A DNA stretch of 64,000 bases from Glycera tridactyla (Eukaryota): positions 38,378,001 to 38,442,000 of the forward strand of contig OZ286462.1 in assembly GCA_965644265.1 (NCBI GenBank), read 5' to 3'. The position numbers and the translations under genes were made by a program. The notes below the pieces were generated by a model. It saw only the letters and a list, made by a program, of their open reading frames with translations, was not told where the DNA came from and searched no databases. Below are positions 38,420 through 51,990 of the stretch, piece by piece (positions within the stretch are counted from its first letter, which is position 1; the number at the start of each line of letters is the position of its first letter).

Positions 38420-38590
38420 AATGACAGAAAATCAAAAGTCACAGGGTCAAACAAATATGCCTATGCACACCTACCCTTCATGGGTAGCCCACATACCAAA
38501 CATGGGCAGTGTAGCATCAAAACAGTGGACACGTGTTCCACAAAAAATCGTTTACGGACAGACGGATGGAGGGCATAATTAACCTACTTT
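38420..38590 (+). mobile_element. HINE-like fragment
   Basis: TGCACACCTAC..CATACCAAAC..ACGGACAGACGG layout resembling 30956-31232; ends decayed. Confidence 0.35.
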
Positions 38591-41500
38591 GGAACCATTC
38601 ACATCTTTTTGTTCACGCCTCTAGCAGTCTTGTTCCCATGATGACTGTTGGAAGAATGGTCGAAAAATTGTGAATTGTCTCAACAAATTGTTCTAAAGTA
38701 GGTTAATTAACGTTCATCAAGGATCATCTTGGAACCAAGAACAACATATTTGCAACAAATTCCATCTACTTGAAATACATAGCCTTCATTTAGGTTTGGT
38801 AATGAAACATTGAAAGTAATTGATGCAGGTTGAATTTGAATACACCATTGAAAAGTGCAGGAAAAACTTAGCTCATTACCTGAATGGATTCATTATTGAA
38901 GAAATGGTGAAGCTGGTAATAACCAGTATGTCGACTATATTTTAGTCAAATGTGCATTTCTCTCATTGGGCATCAATTGATTGAATTTGTCTGAAAATCA
39001 GATTCATACATCACAGACAAATGAATTTGTAAATTCAGGGGGCCTCTGCTCCCTGAAACCCTTGGCTTTGGGTTCAATTCGTTTTTTGCAACTCAAAAAA
39101 TAAGCACCATCATCCGAACCAGATAAGGTCAAAATAAGCAATAGTGCAACTGGTACCTCACATTTAAGCCATCATAACACTGACAGACAATTCTAGCCAA
39201 TATTTTCTGATTCAAAGCTATGCACCACTCCTGAGATGGTGCTTTTCTGAAAAGGAATATATGATAGTTTCAGAGGTCAAAGCAGTCCTGTGATTCCTTG
39301 GGGCATTGCAGTGAAAGGAAATAGAAATCAATAAGCTCTGTATATATTTGGGGTCATTATTTCAAATCAGATGTTTCTATTATACATGCCAGACAATGCA
39401 GGAGATAGGAAGTCTGATGGCCTGTGGGGAAGAGGAAGCCAGTGTTTATCTACGTGTGTTTGCACGACTGCATGATGTGGTCACGGGTTCATGGAGAGCA
39501 TCACTGTGTTTCCTGCATGTTCCTATGCCATTGTTCATTTAAATAATAGAACCGCACTGCAAAACACACACATGCACATGCACATGCATGTACACATATG
39601 GACAGTCTGTAGTATCAACCCTTGACTGCCATTTGAAGAGATCCCCAATCATGGATTTTACTGTGACTTGAAGTGGACTGACTGCAGGAGAAAGTCGGGG
39701 CCAAATGAATGCAGGTCTGTCATTTGCATCTAGTAGGCATCACACGCCACGACGGAGCAGTGAATACAAAACAAGAATTTAGCCTCCTTAATTCATTTAT
39801 CAAGGCAATATCACTTCTACGCAGGCCAATTTCCGTATAAAAACAGTGTTTGCAATGCAGTGCAGGACACCCGAGTTTCATTAAATCCAGCATGATAGAT
39901 ATAATGACGTTACTGTTGGATAAAAAAGTTTTGACGCCACACAGCAATTTGCACATTGCGAAGAAAATTTTTGGAATGGAAGCAGCAGAAAATGACCAAT
40001 TTGCAAAGGGCCTCCATTCCCCTCCCTGAGATTAATCCCTGAGGAATATGAGTGAGAGAGCTCTTCTTCCAAAAGGCACCTATATCAAATTTACAAATAT
40101 AGCATGTCAAAGCGTCATGATAGACTCTTCTATATTCTGATCTCTCTCTTCCCACTCCTCAGCCCCATTCCCACTCTCTCATGCACACTCACACTCACTC
40201 TGCCGATCTCTTAGAGCTGGTCTGTACCTGACAGCTCCCACCTCCACAAAGAGCCAATTTAGTTCAAAGCAGACAATTGGAATATGCAAGTAAAAGTCAC
40301 CAAATCATCCGATTTTGCTGACAACCAAGCCAATATAGCCAGACTTTCAAACACGATGCAATATTGGATCATCAGTTATCTTTTCTTTGCTTTTTTAATC
40401 CCTCTGAACTCTTCCTAAATTCCTGAGAAAAAATTCCCTGGAGTAGGTCATCGATGCTTAGACTGTATAGTAGCAATATTTTCACTATACTAGGTTTACA
40501 AGAGAGTGTGATTGCACTGCACACATTGATTTTGAAACTTTTATTTTTGATTGTCAAATCACAATTGGACACCCCTCCTCATTTTCAGGGATCATGCAAC
40601 AGCACCACAAATAGGGAAAACATACCGAGTGGCTAATATCCGAAGATAATGTGAAGTACCAGAGTGGCCCCTCATCATAAAATAGCACAATTGTTCAACA
40701 ATTTTTTTTCTCAGTCGAAGGTATTCTCAAAAATACTGGACTGATATATGAAAGTGAGTATTTTACAAGACAGAAGCTCAGGTAACATGCATGTGAAATG
40801 GTGTGAATATTTCAGTAGCGCTCGTAGCAGCTGGAAAAAAATTCTTCAGAAGAATGACATAAAGACTATGTTAATCCCATACTCATTCATCACTGCTCAA
40901 AACAATGTATGTTCTGCTTTGATCTGATGAATTCCATACATTCGGAATCATTAACAATTGTTCCCATTTATTCCATTCATCTAACTACTTAATGGGACAA
41001 ATTCATGCATTTTATTCCAAAGCGATCCATCTTCATTTGGGCTTACACAAAATGCAAGATGCTGATACACGATTGTTATTCCCAGCCTGATCTTATTAGG
41101 CATAATCTACTCACTCCTGCTCACATCTATATACAATACGTACACGGAAATTTCTAAAAAAGAGTTTGTGTAGAGATTTTATCCACATGATCCCTTGACG
41201 AAATAGAAACGAACCAATCATTTCAAGATGCCACTATATATATTCTTTCGGATGAAACTAAGAACAACTTCAGTTTCTCACTTAATATTGAGAGTATAAA
41301 GATCACGCCTAATGACGGAAAAATGATTGGCTGAAGATTTATGAGCTTTGACTGTCTACCGATATGTCACAGTAAAATTTAATCTGTGTACACTCATCAT
41401 TAATCAAGATTCATAAAAAGCAGTAGATTCAATTTTCATGGTGATCACACCACTTAGAATTTGTTGTGATTCCTCACTATATGTATCTGAAGCAATAATT

Positions 41501-44500
41501 GTAGAGCTGTTTCTTGAATTCCCTGCAATGGTTCATTGATTCATTTTCTTGAGAAGTTGATATATATCTCCATAAATATGACCTTTTATACTGCAGTGAC
41601 CTTGCATAATGATTCGAAGATACCATCTGAGATGAATGCCTCCTTGTAGTATTCTAAAATTTGGTGGGATGACATCTGCTGAGAAATTACTTTTTTGACG
41701 TCTAGCCATGTACATATTCAAACGGTATTTGATGTTTGGAAAAATCAATATACTATGGAGTTTGTGAGCCATTATTGATCAAACTTTCACTGAGTTCTGG
41801 TTGGATGATGACAGAGGTTGCACCAGCCTAAACCTAACACTTATGTTTCCATGCTGAATTGTTGACATCCATGAGTTAAAATAAAATTTTACATCCAGCA
41901 TCATTCATCTTGTTCTCAAGTCAGGCATACACATGTCTCAGGCAATGGAGCTGGTATCGCTGACAGGGATCCCAGCAGCAAATGCAGGCAAATGCAGGAT
42001 TCTCAGGAGGTAATGAGTTGACAGGCTCGTTAATGGCCCTAATTTTCAGGTGATTACGCGGCTGTTAGTTTTGTAGGATTTACGAGGCGTGAGCGAGCAG
42101 AGCTAGGATATTAATCAAGGAATCCTCATAAACACCCGGCTCACATTTGCTCACACCCTGCTCATTTCCTTACTCCCTTGGCTCCCTACCTTCCACCAAA
42201 TACCAGCAACATGACACCAGCTGAGTATGGGGTCACTTCACTAAAATGTAAGACACTCAAAACCGATTGAAAGCTCATAATCCTTCATGAGCATATACAT
42301 AACCAAGGCGATTTAGTGCAGTATTGATTTGGTGAAAACTGCCAGAGTTCAGGCGATGAATTTGTTAACACCTCCTCAATTCGTTAGTCTTTGAAATATA
42401 AGTTCATTAGCCTCTTGTACACAACCTCATGAACTGTATTCCCAACACATGTGAAGATTGAATGCCTCAATTTTGGATCTCTTCGGTATGCACTATTAGG
42501 GGCATATGAAGCCAACATCAAATGTAACAGGAGAATATGGCCAAAACAGATATGTGCCTCTCAGCAGAGGAAGCTACAATGAGAAATCCATCAAATACTC
42601 GCATATCAGGATATTCCATGGAACATTAAGTCTTTCCCCCAATTTCCATACTGAGGAGAAGCCTCAAGAGATTTGATTACCATCATCATGAATTCAAGTT
42701 TGTTAGAGAAAGCCATGTGCTCAATATGGTCTGCCTGATCAAAACGGCTGGATTTGTCTTCACCTGGCTGAGGCTTGCTACATTGCAGGGATTAATCAGG
42801 GTGAAGGACTCAATCCTTGCATATCATGTTCTACAAATTTCACTTGTGAATGATCAAGGAAGCACAATGATACTGGAAGGCTAGTACAAATAGTATGCAC
42901 ACTGAAATATTAATCATTACAAGCTGACACTTGTCCACAAAGGATCGATCGTAAACTGAAATTCAATGAAAAATACGGTGATGAAGAGCTTCGAATGCTG
43001 CCACACACTCGATGCAAGAGTTGTATGGATGATCTGGGTCTCTGGTGGTACTGGTTGCAGAGGGCCATGGAGACAAAGTTTACCTTGTCGACCATCCATC
43101 ATCTCCCAGTCAAGATAACAGCATCACTCATGGGGATCTCACACCATATCTCATTCATGATTCACTCCACTGCTACTATACCAGCACTTTGGACATTACT
43201 CCAGCTCTGGCCCATTTCACCACCAGATACAAGAGACAAGCAACAGTGAACCTCGGAACAAGAACCAACGCTAATCTCGCCAAAAAGTATTCTGTTTAAA
43301 GGAGGAGGTATCTCATCGGAGGTGCATTTGATAATGTCGTTTGATAGGTCTTTCAGTCGAATAGGCAGAAGGGCAGACCAGANNNNNNNNNNNNNNNNNN
43401 NNNNNNNNNNNNNNNNNNNNNNNNNNNNNNNNNNNNNNNNNNNNNNNNNNNNNNNNNNNNNNNNNNNNNNNNNNNNNNNNNNNNNNNNNNNNNNNNNNNN
43501 NNNNNNNNNNNNNNNNNNNTCTTCTATGTGTATGAGTGGGAGGGATGAAATACNNNNNNNNNNNNNNNNNNNNNNNNNNNNNNNNNNNNNNNNNNNNNNN
43601 NNNNNNNNNNNNNNNNNNNNNNNNNNNNNNNNNNNNNNNNNNNNNNNNNNNNNNNNNNNNNNNNNNNNNNNNNNNNNNNNNNNNNNNNNNNNNNNNNNNN
43701 NNNNNNNAGAAACAGGGCATGGTGTCTATGCACAAATGATGAGTGGGCAACAGCTGTATTTCCGGGCACATCTATCATGCTGGTGGTCTGCCTGGCTGCT
43801 GAGAAAGAATGCATGGACAAATATGATGACTACACGCTATTTGTCCAATCTATATGTATACAACATCTTCTCGTCACTCGAATACACGAGACGTAGCATT
43901 GATCATATTCTTACTCTCATTGCCTCTTTCTAGAAGACTATTTTCGAAAACACACATGATTCATCCATTTGGTGAATCAACTGAATTAAGTACCGATTTC
44001 ACCAATGGATGCTATCTCATTGAATTTCATTCTATTCACATTTCACCTTAAAAGAAAAACAACTCTCCCGCAACTCTCTCTCCCTCCTTTTCTGGCTGAA
44101 CTTCTATCATAAGTGATTAATTGATCAAAAAAGTACCAATCAATAGATCCCAAAAGTAGCTATGCATTCTAAGGTCAAGTATATAGAATGAACTCCATCC
44201 TTCATTTCTGAAGTGCCACCAAACAATACAATCGAATGATCAACAATGAAGGCAAAGTATGTAGCCCTTTTGAGATCTCAAGAAATTATGTGCAAATAAG
44301 ACACAGAAAACCAATTTCCACACTGGCCGTAAAGCAAATAGAATGTGGGTGGATAAGAGGATGAATACATAAGATGTTGAGGGAATGATTCAATATTCCC
44401 TACAGCCCATGATTTCCTTACAAAACGTCATATTGTTGAACACTCATATGGTGAAATGAGGAGACAATTCATGCAAACTGGTAATTCATGTCATGGTGAC

Positions 44501-46858
44501 AAGTTACCTTATTTCGTAATAACGAAAAATCCACAATCACAGCAGTTATGTCACTCCACCAAAATGTACTTTTCCCCTTTTTTGATGAAATGTCTCCAAT
44601 ATTATGTGAGAACTTTCATGATAAACTAATGATCAACAGTACTTCAGGTGTAATATTGCAGAACGAGTATGATGAGCTCTTCTTTTGCAGTAAACGACAT
44701 CACATGCACACAGTTGCTCTATCCTCTTGCTCACTTTGCTGGCTAGGAAAAGGAAACACTACAAAAGGCTCATATCTAAGTGTTGGAATATTGTGGACAA
44801 TTGCTTGCTTGGGTCATTTATTGTACAGAATCTAAGCAACAGGGTTCCCTTCCCTATGGTGATTGTTTGAGAGGCAGGAGTTCTGGGATTTTTCCATCAT
44901 GGGAGAGAATGCAATATTCACAGGGATGATGATGAGATGAACACGAGATGCTTAAAAACTCCCGGAACGAATGTAATATACATGTAGATACTTTTCTTGG
45001 AATCTTTGACTGCTAGTTGAAAAGGGGCTTTTCTGTGGCATCTTTTATTTGAAAAAAAAAAGACAATCTAGATGATAAAAACTCTGAAAATTTTCCGAAA
45101 GTGAATGCATATGACAACTTGGTAATTTAAAAACCAATCTGAGCTGTCACAAACCAATTAGGAGCTGAAAAGGCCAACTTGCTCATCACTGAGATGAACT
45201 AAATACAGTTTCATGGATGACTACTCACACATGCATGAATGACTACCAGCTGGTGAGTCCCAACTATTCACACATCAGTCTCATCCGTCATAACAGCTTT
45301 GTGAGCACTGATATGTGAAATGTGCTCATTATATTTCCTTGTAGGCGACCAGTCAACCCTCACAGCTCTTGTCTGCATTGATTGATTGGTTGTTCACATC
45401 TGGTGCACAGCATCCGGGATATACTGAGATGCCCATGCAATGAGCATGGATGAGATCATTCAAGACTCTGCTTTCTGTGTCCCCAACAGGAGGTGAAAGC
45501 TTATGAAATTCCCTGACACTCAACCATTTGGAAACTGTGGTGTCAGGGAGGGCTACAATGCAATTCTATGACACATCAAAGAATATCTCCATTTGGGATA
45601 TAGCAAATGCCAAAAAACAATAAAAATGCATAATCCTAGCAACATGGGACAACCAAGCCTGTGGCCTTCTAATTCTAACTATTGAATATTTTCCCCATGC
45701 AGATTACTTTCCTATCATTCCAAAGCAACTTTTTGAACAACCAGCAGGTGCCTTCCATATTGCCTTCCATATTGATAATAAATATTTGAAAGAAATTCAA
45801 GCATATACATACACCTCTGATTATCTATTCAATTAGTCCAGCAGTGTAAATATAGATACAAGATAGAGTTGGTGACATTCATATGATCGTGCAGTTCTAA
45901 GTTGACGAATATAGTGGCATGTCAGCTGTTTTCTGTTGATCAGTTGAGGCCTATAGGCCTACTTTCCACTCATAATGCATGCTTTCAGTGCTCTGGTTTG
46001 TGTATAGTAGTCTTCAGATGGAGCTGCTCTGAGAAATTGGACAAACAGCCTTCCATATCTAGATCTGCTGATCGAATCACTGGTCGATTTATGCGGACAA
46101 CCTGATAATTCTGATAGCATCCAAAAGATGGCAGGCACTCACACAAACTAGATGGCAGCACTGATTCAATCAATCAGTGTTGGCTGACAACTTTCAGCAA
46201 GACACTGGTGAGTTTTGGCACATTGCCAAATAATCAACCAATCAGGCAGCTCATTGCAAGCAACCTAGTTGTTACGCTACAGGAAATGTTCCAATCTAGG
46301 GATGATGTGATTGGCTAGTCATGACCCTAATGACATATTGCCATGATAGACACTAATATCCTGCAAATATTTTTCTGCATTGAAGGTGGTTTCCAATCTC
46401 TATGTCAGCAGACAAATGACACACAAACTAAAATTTCAAAATCATGAATCAAAAGAACAACACCATTCAGGAACAATTTCATGAAAGATATCAGATTATC
46501 TTGAATCATCAAATTGTTGGGACAATCACAAGAGCCTAATCATGCAATGGCTTCTTTTCTACACACTTCCCCAACCAACCATGAATGATTTTTATCTTTC
46601 GGAAGAGAAGCACAATAAACAAGCTTCTGGCATATTCAATGGTAATCACTATTTACAACATATCCCAGAGCCATGAAGATCCAGAGTGGCCAAAATAGTT
46701 GTCCTTTCATGGTTTATTTATTCTGCAGAAATTGTGATTAAGACCGACTTTGTGATGAGAGGCCAACCTGTGATGAGCATTACCAGTGATAACCTGCTAG
46801 CCGCATGTGGATAATGCTGGCCTATCATCCTTGTGTAAATACAACAATGATCAGAAAG

Positions 46859-47068
46859 TACTGGTGACTCATGACCAGTACTTCTAAGAAATCTACTGGT
46901 GACTCATGAGCAGTACTTCTAAGGAATCTACTGGTGACTCATGAGCAGTACTTCTAAGGAATCTACTGGTGACTCATGACCAGTACTTCTAAGGAATCTA
47001 CTGGTGACTCATGACCAGTACTTCTAAGGAATCTACTGGTGACTCATGACCAGTACTTCTAAGGAATC
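46859..47068. repeat. 35-bp minisatellite, 6 copies
   Basis: Unit TACTGGTGACTCATGA(C/G)CAGTACTTCTAAG(G/A)AATC starting at 46859, 46894, 46929, 46964, 46999 and 47034, with no spacers. Confidence 0.97.
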
Positions 47069-47245
47069 TGAGGTGCCTGCTCATACAGCTTCCCCTGTTC
47101 CTCTAAAATAGAATCTCTGGAAGATAAAAGAACATCATCAAACTTATAGGAGAGAGAGGGAGGGGAGGGAGAGGGAGAAAGAGGGAGAGAGAGAAAGAGA
47201 GAGAGGCCCACGCCAGTGAACACTTAGGCTCAGTGAGTAGTGGAC

Positions 47246-47725
47246 TTATATAGAATGCCCCGAGTGCCGTGTACGATGAGAGCGTACGCGTCAAGTAGCG
47301 GGGCCACGGGGACGCACGAGTGGCCGGAGGCCACGAGTGCGTCTCCAGGCTCCACTACGAGACGCATATGCTCTCATCGTACACGGCACGAGTGTTATTC
47401 TGTATTTATCATTCGATAAATCAATAGAATGATGTATTACCTTCAATTTGGTCTTTAGATTGTGAAAATCGGACCAGGGGTTGTTGAGTTACAGCGATTT
47501 TCTTGAGGCATCTTTCCCAAGGTTTGCCTGACGCTATACAAATCGAACTCGCGAGGCTGCCAGTTGACCTTTGACCGCGATTGTTCTATGGCCAATCAGC
47601 GGTGGCGTGCAAGCGTCGGAATAGTTATACCACGAGGAGTATACTATTCGAGGTTATACGATCCCTTCGTACGTACACGGTGAACGTCGATTATATACAC
47701 GATACCCCCTCAATCGGATGATAAA
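47246..47725 (-). mobile_element. CpG-rich element with a ~160-nt terminal hairpin and 13-bp subterminal inverted repeats (Helentron-like or foldback)
   Basis: Perfect 20-bp stem 47264-47283 / 47370-47389, nested stems to the apex GTGGCC-GGA-GGCCAC (47320-47334). SubTIR TTTATCATTCGAT (47405-47417) versus ATCGGATGATAAA (47713-47725), 12/13 match. Confidence 0.6.
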
Positions 47726-48362
47726 ATGTGAGTTGTGAATGATGATCCATGCAGATGCACTGGCATCACCAAATATGAAAACAAATCATGAGAAATAAAA
47801 AGATGACTACATACTCATCCAGCACAGCAGAACCATGGACAACTACAGCAGAGTTGGGCAGGTCATCAGTGAAATACCGGGTCAGGGTTTCAGGCACTTT
47901 AGATCCATGCAGATACACAACCCCTTTGAAAATAAGTATGAGCCCTATATGAGAGAAAGACAGGCCCATACTAAAGAGCTTTTGGGCCCAGTGAGTAATG
48001 GACAATGTGAGGTTGTGAATGAGGATTCATAGAGAAAGTCATGGAGATATGCAAATTAAAATGCAGCAGTGAAAATGTCCATCGGTGAGAAGTGTGCCAT
48101 TTCACAATCATGCATCTATGTATAATTGATGCAGGAAGGTGATACATCATGACCAACACGGTTTCTCACTCACAATTAATCTACGGCCCCAAGAGTGTTT
48201 TCACAACTCCATGAGGACTAGGCAACAAATGTGCGAGGAATCCCACTTCTGCTCATCCCCTTGCCTCAGTACAGAGCCACTTAATTGTACCTTCGCATGC
48301 AGGCATGGCTTCTGATGTCTGGTAACCCCATTAAACCAAGAGCACTATGAGACTTGCATTGG

Positions 48363-48487
48363 CAAACATTTGAATGAATAACACCTCTTTAGAGAGTGCA
48401 TTACAAACATTTGAATGAATAACACCTCTTAAATAGAGTGCATTACCAACATTTGAATGAATAACACCTCTTCAGAGCATGCATTAC
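48363..48487. repeat. ~41-bp tandem repeat, 3 copies
   Basis: CAAACATTTGAATGAATAACACCTCTT..AGAG..TGCATTA repeated three times. Confidence 0.92.
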
Positions 48488-51400
48488 AACCAAAGCTCAC
48501 AAGATTTGTCAGAATAACTGTGAATCTACATGCACTGAGGTTGCTGTTCGTACATGAGAATTGCTCCATTAAATGTTTGAATATTTCAAACCACTACCTT
48601 CAAATTTCTCATATGATTTAACCTGGTGCAAGTAAATGAAAACTCATATATTAGAAAACATTTGGATTGCAATTTCTCACATCTCTAATATTTCTGTCTA
48701 CTTTTCCATATTTTGCTGTCAATCATTTCTTCAGATGATCACTAAATAAGCTATGTGAAAGAAAAAGAAACTTCATCTCTCACTTTGAGTTGAGAAACAG
48801 GAATTAAATTTGTATTAGGACAGAAATAATTCCCAAGCAAAGCAAACATGAAATGAGTACCAATGAAAGGATTTGTTCTTTTGAGAACAGCAACTGATGT
48901 CCATTCTCCTTCAGGGAGCAGCTGATATTCTGACCAAGTTACCAAATGGAACAAGTGATCCTGATTTCTCAAGTGATATCATACCTTCATGAATGTGTCC
49001 TGTTTGTTTACACAGCATGGATATGCATTCAGTGAGTATCTACTTGTTTGCATATGACTTCCAAGAACAACTGCATTGTTTACACTGTAAGCAATAAGCC
49101 AGGTGTGCAAGAAATGCTGCCTTTCATTCATACTGACTCCAGTCATCGGCAAACTTGACTCCAGTCATCGGCAAACTTGACTTTGTGGTGTGTTGAAAAC
49201 TGAAAAGATAGGGAACATTCCCTCTGAATTGTCTGCTTAGTAGTGAGCATTTATAATGGCACAGAAATATGAATCCATATTTGTGACCAGTTTACTGTTG
49301 ATATGAACACATTGCTAGGAATTGCAAACAATGAAAATCCAAAACTGTATAAGCCATCACCATAGGAGTAATTCTTTTTCTCTTCCATCCCTATATTACG
49401 ATGTACAGCACATCTTATAGCACAGCATAGCACAGCACAGCACATAAAATCCAAAGAAATCAGATGGATAAATATGAAACAAGAACAATAATGGTTCACT
49501 CATCACGGGTATTCATATCCCTGATGCATGCAGTTGTTTTTATGGGTTGAATCAACACATGATTCTATAACAGGAAGTGAGCCCTATCACTCAAATATAA
49601 GAAAACACAACATACCCTGTCCAGCTCTGGTGCGGTTGTGGTTCTGCTGATGTGGTCATTGTACTGGCTGAGTCTGTTGTCATCTTTTCTTCTCAAGATT
49701 TGGAACACAACATAATCTGATCTCATGATCTCTAAGTTATTTCAACTATTCAATCCTACATTGATCGGAAGAAATACTTTTGAGAATGTAAACCAAACAT
49801 CTCTAGTTCAAGTACTTTCAGAGTGGTTTAAGTGACCCATCATCACACCATCTAAAGAGATATTGAGCACTTCAGCCTCCATACTCGGGAGCTTATACCG
49901 AATGTTTAAGTACCCTACCTGTCCTGCATCTCCAGTTCTGAGTTGACCTATCCTATCTTCTTAATTTTTTCTTTCTATCGGAAGACTCTTGGATTCTCAT
50001 TGTGACTCCTTACTACTTCCAGTCGCTTTCAATGAATTGCATGCAAGGCTCACAATGCTACAATAATTAAATGTATCATGATCCTTAATGTAGAAATTGC
50101 ACGGTACTCCTAGTAGAAGCTCTCAGGGAAGCCATCCGGCCCCTTTCCTCACCTGTTGCCTAGCTCAGATATGAGAATTTCATCCAATGGTGTGAAAAAT
50201 TCCCAGAATCTCGATCCCACAAAATCTGCAAAGATTTAATTGCTATTTAGATGACAACTCCAAGAAATATGTGAGCGTCTTCATTTCTTGCAATCATAGA
50301 ATATTGATCACTGTTCACCGGAATTCCTCTCAAGAGGTCTATCAGGAAGTTATATGGCAAAGTACTTTGAGTCAATGAGCATCCTATTATAGCTTGTTCC
50401 ACCATCTGAATTGTGTGATTTGGTTTGTTTTGGTTGAGGTTTGATTGTATTTATCAACTCAGAGGACTATCTATGTCCCATCTTCCTGGTCATTGCTTAC
50501 ACAAACCATAAACACAAGATACTACACCTAGGCCCTATCACCCTTGGTGGCAACACATCAAAGTGAATATCCAACCAGTTTCTGTAAAGTGTGAAAGTCA
50601 TCCTCCACTCACACAGGAAGTCAAAAATCACATTTTGTTTTCTCCTTGAATATTGAAAAAAAAATCAAGTAAAAATCACTAATACGCATGGCAATGTACA
50701 GATTGAAAGCTTATGATGGACCTACAGTCAAATTGATGGTGGAAAACTTTGTGAGTGACAAAAACATTGAGACTAATGTAACAATGGTGTGTTTTGTGCT
50801 AGTTGGATATTGACTGGATGATTGAGGCGGACATTACCTGATGATCTATACAGTTGGAGGCTAATGTCGGCCAGGTTCTGTTCGTTTCATGTCACCGTTT
50901 GCAGTTTACATGCATATTTTATGGCCTGAAAGATAGCATCCAACCAATGTCATGATACTGATGAGAAATAGGACACTCTGTACCCACACATGTAATTTCT
51001 CGAGAGGTCTTTTGGGAATACAGGTCGAAGCTCACTACACACAAACCAATTCATGTATCCACAATTCCATGAAAATGATGGGGACTTGGAATAGAGAGCG
51101 AGAATGAGGAATATTCCACACAATATTGATTTTGCTGCCCTCAATCTGGTTTATGAAATAAAAATGTCTACTTATGAATAAAACAAAGGAGAGAATTCAT
51201 AACACAACTCTTGAGTGAAAATTGCAATTGTGGTTCATGAAGAGGGGGCCTGTGAAATTCCTCAGCCAAATTTTATCTAGGAAAACATTCTATGCTCTTT
51301 TAGGTTATTTGTGCCATGGTAGACAGACAAATTCTAATCTTAAAAGGTAGGAAAAGGATTTCCTGTTCATGAATAGATCTTCGATTATCTCAGCACGTTT

Positions 51401-51699
51401 GTACCTGAGTTCACGAAATGCATGTGCATAAGCTGATGACAACTGATATGTCTTCCATGTCAACAAAATGCGAGAAGCCTAGACCAAAGAAACTGCGAAC
51501 TACTAAACAGCTGAATAGCGAACCAAATGCATCACTATTGTTTGAATCCTCAAGATGCTCATGGAGATCAATTATTATTTAGAATATTGTTTGAAAATTG
51601 ATGGTTGTTGGAAATATTAGATAAAGCTCGGCAGCCTAATCTGGAATGGATTGAGTGTTATTGTTGTCATAAATTCACCGCAACACATATGTTACTCCC

Positions 51700-51990
51700 G
51701 CTGGCTATACCGGCCATAACTTTTCCATCAACGAACGTGGACAGCTGATGATGAGATTTACCCAAGTTGCTAGCTTATGCATATGCCCGCGGTGCATGTG
51801 GGTGTGTGCCACGGGTAGATGTGGGTGCGCGCCAAGCGTCGGCCAATCACGTGTTGATGGCAAGATAGTCTCATACTCATGTGCAGATCGCGTGAGTTAC
51901 TACTCAATTACGAGACCCCGGAAAGTGACCTTCTCCGTGGCAATAATTGATGGCGGGGCTGCCACAGTGGGCAGCCTGAATCAGAAAGAC
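51700..51990. promoter_or_regulatory. CpG-rich segment with clustered promoter motifs
   Basis: CCAAT (51843-51847) abutting E-box CACGTG (51848-51853), ETS-like CCGGAAAGTG (51918-51927) and GC box GGCGGGGC (51952-51959). May instead be a repeat. Confidence 0.35.

Noticed and set aside
40300-40572. Possible RT fragment (LLLYSLSIDDL ... ITDDPIL) on the minus strand
   Set aside because: Only vague resemblance to PLLFxxYINDL and YADD, and no other RT motifs were found.
46859-47068. 35-bp palindromic repeats resembling a CRISPR array
   Set aside because: Units are head-to-tail with no unique spacers, there are no cas genes, and the context is eukaryotic. The same applies to the 31-bp array at 59285-59490.
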